Shown here piece by piece: positions 57,949 through 64,000 of a stretch of DNA of 64,000 bases. The stretch is from Planctomycetota bacterium (GTDB lineage: Bacteria > Planctomycetota > UBA8108 > SXIK01). Made by a program: the position numbers and the translations under genes. The DNA lies in NCBI GenBank assembly GCA_965223265.1, contig OZ244999.1, forward strand, positions 2,656,001 through 2,720,000, written 5' to 3'. Below the pieces are notes generated by a model. The model was given only the letters and a program-made list of their open reading frames with translations, was not told the DNA's origin and made no database searches. Each line of letters starts with the position of its first letter. The first letter of the stretch is position 1.

Positions 57949-59628
57949 TCACCACTCGAAGTAATCGCGCAGATCCGGCCACTGCTTCTCCATGAACACG
58001 AGCACCGACATGCCGAAGTAGAAAGCTGCGCAGGCTATCACACCCAGGCGGCTGTACCAACGTGGCCTGAGCTCCGGCGGCAGGAACTTCACGTTAATGC
58101 GCAGGAGGGCGACAGCGGTCACGGCGAGCGCGACGTTGTTGATGTTGGCGATGAGGATCACCATGAGCTTGGGCGATCCGTGCGTCGTGAAGTACCAGGC
58201 GCACAGGTACGACCAGGCGACGTAGGCGAAGAGGATGCCGTAGTAAAGGCGCTTGACGTGCCTGGGATTCATGCGCTCGCGCACGAAGCGGCTGCCGGAC
58301 CATGAGATGTCAGTCCAGCGGCGACTGAAGCCGTCGACGATCGACATCTGACTGGGGAGGAGGACCGCGATGCCGACAAAAAGAGTGACGATCCAGAGAA
58401 GGTTCGCGACGCCGGCCGAGAACTGCGGCGCGTTGCGGATGCCGTCCGCCGTGATCACCGCTTGCGCCCAGTCGAGCCCCGCTTTGTCATGGTAGAGCGG
58501 CGAGAACTGGGCAAACTCGAGCGACAGCAGCGCTGGGAGTGCCATACCGGCGAAACAACCGGGGCCCCAAATCAGCACCTGGTCCCGCACGACGTAGCGC
58601 CACCAGCTCTTCCAGCGTGAGAGGTTTTCTGCGGTCAGTGGGAAGACCTTTCCGAGATGGCTCAGTGTGATCTGGCGTCCGCCGATGGCGCTCGGGATCG
58701 CGCCAACGCGTTGACCCATGCCCCAGCCCTTGTCGCGGACGTAGTTCGAGTACGCCGCATTGGAGAGGCCGCCGCCACCGGCGTAGCCCGCGAAGGCGCC
58801 AAGGACGGCGATGTTGGCGAGCGCGATCACAGGCCATTCGCCGTGCTCGAGCCAGTGCGAGACGGCGTTGACCACCGTTTCGCCGCCTTTGCCATCGCTC
58901 ACGGGAACGTTGCCGAACGCTACGAAACCGCTCAAAACGTTCCACCAGTTGGCCGGGGTGACGAAAAAGATTCCCATCAAGAGGCAAAAACCGAGCACGA
59001 GGAGCACCTTGGTCGTCATCACTGCCTGCAGCGTGTTGTAGACCTTGCCGCCGACGAGCACCGGCAGGACGACGACACCGAGCGTGATGTAAGCGAGGAT
59101 CTGAACCAAGTGCTGGTCCGCCTCACCGGGTGGGTGGCCAAGGTACATCGAGGCGATCAGCGCGGCGCCATGCGTCGACAGCCCTGGGATGAGTGTGCCG
59201 ACGTTGAGGATCATGATCACACCCATCCAAAACGCCGGCCCAGGTCGCATGCGCATGAAGCCGGTCATGATGGGCTCGCCGCAGTAGAGCGCGTAGCGGC
59301 CGGCCTCGAGGTTGAAGAAAACTTGCACGACGATCGCCACCGTTGCAATCCACATGAGGCCGCCACCGTAGCGCGCGGTGATCTCAGGGCCGAAGAGCCA
59401 CTCGCCACCGCCAATCTGAATGCCGCACATGACGATGCCAGGTCCAATCAGCGCCGCCCACTTCTTCCAAGTCGATCGCGCTGTCGCCGCGTCCGGCGCC
59501 GCCTCGGTCGCGGGAAGATCCTCGACGGTCCAAGGCGGCAGTTGTGTGGGCGGCAGAAACGCTGCCGGAGCGCCGTGTTCTCTGCTTTCGTAGTGGTAGT
59601 GCTCCATGGTCGGCCTGTTCCCTGCCAT
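57949..59628 (-). CDS. Nramp-like / APC-superfamily membrane transporter
   Basis: IGPGIVMCGIQIGGGEWLFGP, E.GRYALYCGEP, YVRDKGWGMG; 10 or more TM helices. Confidence 0.85.
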   Translation of the reverse strand: MAGNRPTMEHYHYESREHGAPAAFLPPTQLPPWTVEDLPATEAAPDAATARSTWKKWAALIGPGIVMCGIQIGGGEWLFGPEITARYGGGLMWIATVAIVVQVFFNLEAGRYALYCGEPIMTGFMRMRPGPAFWMGVIMILNVGTLIPGLSTHGAALIASMYLGHPPGEADQHLVQILAYITLGVVVLPVLVGGKVYNTLQAVMTTKVLLVLGFCLLMGIFFVTPANWWNVLSGFVAFGNVPVSDGKGGETVVNAVSHWLEHGEWPVIALANIAVLGAFAGYAGGGGLSNAAYSNYVRDKGWGMGQRVGAIPSAIGGRQITLSHLGKVFPLTAENLSRWKSWWRYVVRDQVLIWGPGCFAGMALPALLSLEFAQFSPLYHDKAGLDWAQAVITADGIRNAPQFSAGVANLLWIVTLFVGIAVLLPSQMSIVDGFSRRWTDISWSGSRFVRERMNPRHVKRLYYGILFAYVAWSYLCAWYFTTHGSPKLMVILIANINNVALAVTAVALLRINVKFLPPELRPRWYSRLGVIACAAFYFGMSVLVFMEKQWPDLRDYFEW

Positions 59629-59862
59629 GATCTCAAAATCGAGCCGGAGCGCGAACGGGCGCGCCGCGAGGACGAGATCGTCGCTGATTGTCTTCGGACG
59701 GTCAACTTGATTCGAGTAAGGTGTCAACTCGCAGAAGGAGTCTTCACCGCAGAGGTCGCAGCAGCGCGCAGCGAAGAGACAATCGGAGTTCTCTTCTTGC
59801 TGTCGTGGAGAAGCGCCGCCGAGTGACGTACAATTCGAAGGACCATTGCGGAGGCCCACAAC

Positions 59863-60429
59863 TTGACGAAATCACCGTTTCTTTGGTGCGTTCCTTCTGC
59901 GCTTCTTGCCGTCAGCTGTGTCAAGAGTGACCAATCGCCGACCGACGCGAGGGAAGCCTATACGATGGCATCGCCCTCAGATGGTCGTGAGAATGAATCC
60001 ACGCATGGGGCAGCGACCGAGTCAGCGGACGGCTGGCGCCGCATCGACGCGCGAAAGTTTTCATTCCTCCTGCCAGACGACGTGAAAGAAGTCCCGGTGC
60101 AGGGCATCGACTCGCTGGTCGGTCAGTATGCCGGCGCAGAAATGGCAGTGTCGTTCGACTATGGTTGGTATTCGAATTCGTTGCCGAGAAGCGATGACAA
60201 GCAAGGTTTCACCAGCGAAGAGACCGAAATCGGTGGCAAGGCCGTTCGGATCGTAACCTTCATGCGTCCGGACGACTCGGACGACTTCTCCCACGTCGTG
60301 GGCGTTCATTTTCCTACCGTGAGCACAAAAGGACCGCATAGAAAGAAGAAGCTCACTTTGCTCGTCCGCTACTCCAAGGCGGCCGAGCGGCCAACTGCTC
60401 TACGTATCGTTCGGTCGATTCAGTTTTGA
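59863..60429 (+). CDS. Putative lipoprotein
   Basis: LLAVSC lipobox; VQGIDSLVG..FDYGWYSN motif; GGAGG RBS before the TTG. Confidence 0.7.
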   Translation: MTKSPFLWCVPSALLAVSCVKSDQSPTDAREAYTMASPSDGRENESTHGAATESADGWRRIDARKFSFLLPDDVKEVPVQGIDSLVGQYAGAEMAVSFDYGWYSNSLPRSDDKQGFTSEETEIGGKAVRIVTFMRPDDSDDFSHVVGVHFPTVSTKGPHRKKKLTLLVRYSKAAERPTALRIVRSIQF

Positions 60430-60483
60430 CGGGCGTCCCTGCTCTTGATCGAGTTGAGATCCGTCGGATCTTTCGAGGGCTCT

Positions 60484-61029
60484 TTAGTCATACAACCGAC
60501 GGACCGGGCGCATCGAAGATTCGATCTCTTCCAGGCCGAACGCGTTGAGCGGTTCGTCCGCATCCGTGCGAAACGCGTGGGCGATCTCCGCGCCAGTCGG
60601 AACGGAGAGCCCCAATGCAGCGTAGCTCGAGGCCAAAGACCCGGCGGGAGAGAGGTCGACGCCGGGGCCGCCGATGGGGGCGACGTCGATTTCGTTCCTC
60701 TTGGGGATCAGGAACGGCCTGACCTTCACAGCCGTCGACGGTGCTTTGACGGGCCAAAACAGCTGCAGCAAGTCGAGAGACGACTTCGCCTCCTGCGGCG
60801 AAACGATCCCACGCGGCAGCAAGACAAACACGGCGTCGGTCTCGAGATGTCTGTATTCCTTGTAGCCTTGTGCGTTCTCCCCGAGAGATTCAAACTCGCT
60901 GCGAAGGATGTGCCGCGCTTTCACGTGAGACCAATTGGCAACCACGAGAGCTGAGAAAGTCGTGGCGATCAGGAGACCCAGCACGATGACGAGGCGTCGT
61001 CCACGTTTCTGCGATGACATGCCAGCCAT
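60484..61029 (-). CDS. Membrane-anchored protein with a degenerate, shortened FGE-sulfatase (SUMF1)-like domain
   Basis: TM helix, then NAQGYKEYRH..FVLLPRG, VRPFLIPK, LSVPTGAE, PLNAFGL, RPVR resembling FGE-domain blocks. Confidence 0.55.
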   Translation of the reverse strand: MAGMSSQKRGRRLVIVLGLLIATTFSALVVANWSHVKARHILRSEFESLGENAQGYKEYRHLETDAVFVLLPRGIVSPQEAKSSLDLLQLFWPVKAPSTAVKVRPFLIPKRNEIDVAPIGGPGVDLSPAGSLASSYAALGLSVPTGAEIAHAFRTDADEPLNAFGLEEIESSMRPVRRLYD

Positions 61030-61173
61030 TCTAACGTCGAATGGTCGGGAGGACGACGCTAAGGATGACCGGCGGGAAGCCAACCTTCCCGAGTGAGCTC
61101 ACCGGTGTATTCGTGCCCCGGTACACCCACTTGTTATGTGGCGTATGCTTCCGTCATCCATCCTCGCCACCTT

Positions 61174-61695
61174 TCATTTTTCAATGTGCTCGAAAACCTC
61201 TTCCAGCGGTTGAAAGGTCAAGTAGATGACCAGAATGCCATCGTGGTTTTCGGTAAGTTGAATCGCAAACTGCTCGTCTTCATTTCGCCAGAGACCCATC
61301 CCTGGATCGTCCGCGAAGTCGTCCTTTTCGTACTTGCCGTACAACTGGTTGAGCGCCAGGCGCATTGGTTCCAAGCTCACGGTCTTTGGATAAGTGAGCA
61401 CTGCGCCGATGTATTTGCCGCCTTCGGCGTCCAGATGGACGCTTGTTGGGGGGACGGCACCCGGATGAGACGGCAACATTCGTTGAGGAGCATCGGCAAC
61501 GTTCTTGCGAAGTAGACGCGGATTGAAATGCTGCACGTTCGCAACGCGTGGATTGGGTGGGGGCGATGGCTTGGCAGTTGTGTCAGAGCACGAAGTGGCT
61601 GTAGCGGTGAACGCCGAGAGAAGGCCAACCACAAGGACTCTTGAGTTTGGCGGCACAGGATTTCGGATGAGCGAGCCTGACAGCGCGGATAACAT
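61174..61695 (-). CDS. Putative lipoprotein
   Basis: VLVVGLLSAFTATATSC followed by a Pro-rich linker; GAGGG RBS. Confidence 0.65.
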   Translation of the reverse strand: MLSALSGSLIRNPVPPNSRVLVVGLLSAFTATATSCSDTTAKPSPPPNPRVANVQHFNPRLLRKNVADAPQRMLPSHPGAVPPTSVHLDAEGGKYIGAVLTYPKTVSLEPMRLALNQLYGKYEKDDFADDPGMGLWRNEDEQFAIQLTENHDGILVIYLTFQPLEEVFEHIEK

Positions 61696-61824
61696 GAGTG
61701 TATCGTACCCTCATGAGTCCCCTGCTGCTGCCTTTGCTTTGGCCGAAGCACGTCAGTAGACGAGTTTCAGAGTTTGCCTGCTACTTTCGAACAAAGCTTC
61801 GCGGCGTAGCGAACAAGTATGCCC

Positions 61825-61992
61825 TTAACAGCCCGTTGAAAAAGTCATTCGGCCGAAGAAACTGGCCTCTTCACGCCCAGATCGACCGCGTCAATACTCG
61901 AAAATCCCGAAGATTGCCTGCGTTTGCCGCGGCCGATCTGGACGCGAAGAGACCAGTTTTCGGCTCGAAGCACTTTTTCAACAGGCTGTTAA
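61825..61992 (+). mobile_element. MITE-like element, family A copy 5 (short variant), TTAA flanks
   Basis: TTAA-CAGCCCGTTGAAAAAGT ... ACTTTTTCAACAGGCTG-TTAA. Confidence 0.9.
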
Positions 61993-61999
61993 CCTAGAG

Positions 62000-62269
62000 T
62001 TAACAACCCACTGAAAAAGGTGCTCAAACGGATTTCGGACGTCGACGACGATTCGCTACATTTCGTTCGACATATCGAGGCGTAGAATACGCAGGAATTT
62101 GTTCGATGGAACCATTGTCGCCCTTCTTTGTTGCCTCTGTTGCCTTCTGTTCGGAAACTCTTCTGTTCTTGAACAGAAGGCAACAGAGGCAACGAAGGGG
62201 GGCTTCTCGGCGCTCTTTGCGTAGATTCCCTTCCCAAGTCGGACGGATGCGTTTTCAACGGGCTGTTAA
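62000..62269. mobile_element. Element with family A-like ends and different cargo, including a 23-bp perfect hairpin
   Basis: TTAA-CAACCCACTGAAAAAGG ... TTTTCAACGGGCTG-TTAA; stem GTTGCCTCTGTTGCCTTCTGTTC (62130-62152) / GAACAGAAGGCAACAGAGGCAAC (62171-62193). Confidence 0.7.
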
Positions 62270-62484
62270 TCCAGAGACGCAGATTGCGGATCCCATATGG
62301 TCGCGGCGATCGTGCGGATCGGCGCGCCTTCGGTGCGGTAGTAGTACACCGTGACGCACTTTCCGTCGGGTCGCTCGACCGTGCGTGGATCGCCGATGTC
62401 CCAGCTGCCACCATCGCGACGCAGGACGATTTCGTCGCGCCAGGTTTGACCTTTGTTCCGCGGCAGACGCGCGTGCGCCTGCGA
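62266..62484 (-). pseudogene. 3' remnant of a sialidase/BNR-repeat gene
   Basis: Manual translation: HARLPRNKGQTWRDEIVLRRDGGSWDIGDPRTVERPDGKCVTVYYYRTEGAPIRTIAATIWDPQSASLD*; no start codon found. Confidence 0.7.
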
Positions 62485-62492
62485 GTCTCCTC

Positions 62493-63818
62493 TCAGCGAC
62501 AGATCGTCTCGAAGATCGGCTTTGTGCTCGGTACGTCGGAAAGCGTCGCGCGAGCGTTTTCGCGTGGCCGACCGTTTTTGGGGTCGACCGGCATGAGCGA
62601 TTGATCGTCACAGTCGACCAGCAGCTGATACTTGCCCGCGCTCTTTTTGTTGCCGGCTTCCGTCGACACTGGATTCACCCAAATCAGCTTGCCCGGAGGA
62701 GTCTTCGACTCTTCGATGCGCGCACGGTCATAGTAGTAGTCGAAAGTCTGCGACGGATCGCGATAGAGAAGCTGCCAGTCGCTCCTGGGTCGACTCGGTG
62801 CGGTGACTGCGGGATGGGCGCGGCGAGCGACAGCCGGCGGCGACGTTCGGCGACCCTCTCCAGTCTGAAGACTTTCGGCTACTTCCAAGAGCGAACGCGT
62901 CAGAGCTTCAACTTCCGCGTCTGTCTTTTTGCCGCGACTTGAAAGATCGACCCACAGACAGCCAGTGCCTCGAGGCTCACGTGGTACAAGGGCATTCGCT
63001 GAGAGCGATGTGTCCGAGCGCCAAATCGCGAGCGTCGCCTCGCGTCCCAGCACCGACACCTTCTTGACTGTCGTCGGTGCGACTCGTCTGCGTTCAGTGG
63101 TCGACTCGACGAAAGCCTCAGGTGTCTTTGCGGCGCACGATGGGAGTGCTCGCATTCGAGCTTTGCCATCGACCCTGACGAGATAGATGTTTCGCCAGAC
63201 GCGCGTGTTGTCGACGCGGAAGTAGAGGTACTCAGTCCAGCCTGGAGGGATGCGTACCGAGAGTGTCCCGTCGTCGTTGACCAGGCGGCCGCGAGGCATT
63301 CTCCGCTTGGCGCCATCGAGCTTCAGACTCCGCAGGATCGCGCTGAAGGCGGCGCGCTTGGTGCCGACTTCCTGCGGCGTGGGGGAGCCGTTGACTCGGA
63401 AACGGATCAGGCACTGGTCTTCCCCGGAGCCTGGATCGAGGGGGATCAGGATATGCTCGATGTGACGGTACGGGAGGTCCCAGAGAATGCGTGTGCCGTC
63501 GCGCTCGGCGACGCGGATTGGCTCGGCGACGGCGGACTCGGCGACTTTCTCGACATGAATCGGCACGACCTCGATGCTGTGACGCTGCTTGCGAATGAAC
63601 TCTTCTGCGGAGGAAGCAGGTGCGTCGGGTGAGGTGAAAATGTCGGCGCGTTTGTCCTCTGACGTGAGGACGAGTGTTTGGGGTGGGCTCGAGCTTCTGC
63701 CGGCGACCCAGCCGGACGGGAGCTCGAACGAAATGCTGCCGTCGTCGTTGCGGACCCGTTCCGCGGCGACGGAAACGGAAGTTACCGAAAGAAAGAAGAA
63801 AAGCGAGCACCGAAGCAT
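62493..63818 (-). CDS. Secreted hypothetical protein with two PsbP/DcrB-like repeats and a C-terminal adhesin-E-like domain
   Basis: GGAGG RBS; signal peptide; internal duplication NDDGSISFELPSGW / NDDGTLSVRIPPGW; C-terminal W..L..YYYD..I..W..VDC...IFETIC. Confidence 0.7.
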   Translation of the reverse strand: MLRCSLFFFLSVTSVSVAAERVRNDDGSISFELPSGWVAGRSSSPPQTLVLTSEDKRADIFTSPDAPASSAEEFIRKQRHSIEVVPIHVEKVAESAVAEPIRVAERDGTRILWDLPYRHIEHILIPLDPGSGEDQCLIRFRVNGSPTPQEVGTKRAAFSAILRSLKLDGAKRRMPRGRLVNDDGTLSVRIPPGWTEYLYFRVDNTRVWRNIYLVRVDGKARMRALPSCAAKTPEAFVESTTERRRVAPTTVKKVSVLGREATLAIWRSDTSLSANALVPREPRGTGCLWVDLSSRGKKTDAEVEALTRSLLEVAESLQTGEGRRTSPPAVARRAHPAVTAPSRPRSDWQLLYRDPSQTFDYYYDRARIEESKTPPGKLIWVNPVSTEAGNKKSAGKYQLLVDCDDQSLMPVDPKNGRPRENARATLSDVPSTKPIFETICR

Positions 63819-64000
63819 TCCGACCTCCGTACACGTGCCGAGAACAACAGTCTACATTTGCATTCACCTCTTTTGTCGACTGGGCTGCGAGGCGTTGTGA
63901 ACCCACGTGCCAACTTGGCCGGTAATCTCCGTGGATGTGCGGATTGCGCGTCCGTGATGAAGCTGCGGCGAGCCTTCACGCGACGCAGTTCGATTCCTAA

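Noticed and set aside
63985-64000. GTTCGATTCC tRNA T-loop-like motif at the window end
   Set aside because: The flanks (CGCAG / CCTAA) do not form a T-stem, and no D or anticodon arm is evident upstream.

Overview
A GC-rich bacterial window whose gene content points to Planctomycetota, probably an uncultured lineage (inference). The supporting genes are a DUF1549/DUF1553-DUF1501-PPC cluster, a PVC-type heme dehydrogenase, an ECF sigma coupled to a Ser/Thr kinase-WD40-TPR protein, and cysteine-braced dockerin-like modules. About 38 CDS or gene remnants can be supported; no rRNA, tRNA, CRISPR array or intact transposase was seen. Main points of interest: (1) four exported proteins share a dockerin-like tag; two are CotH/lamin-tail kinases and one is an FG-GAP protein with a phospho-His swivel domain followed by an ATP-grasp domain (glucan-water-dikinase order, no PEP/pyruvate barrel), suggesting a dockable extracellular phosphorylation system; (2) two enolase-superfamily sugar-acid dehydratases carry twin-arginine signals, one directly upstream of a heme-c dehydrogenase; (3) a family of MITE-like palindromic elements with CAGCC(C/T)GTTGAAAAA ends and TTAA/CTAG flanks (five copies plus one with different cargo), a second MITE type, and REP-like hairpins; (4) an ankyrin gene with a clear sigma70 promoter and a highly paired ~170-nt leader; (5) several broken genes: a frameshifted AAA ATPase, a frameshifted orphan antitoxin and a sialidase 3' remnant. 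Family assignments come from motif recognition by eye, not database searches.
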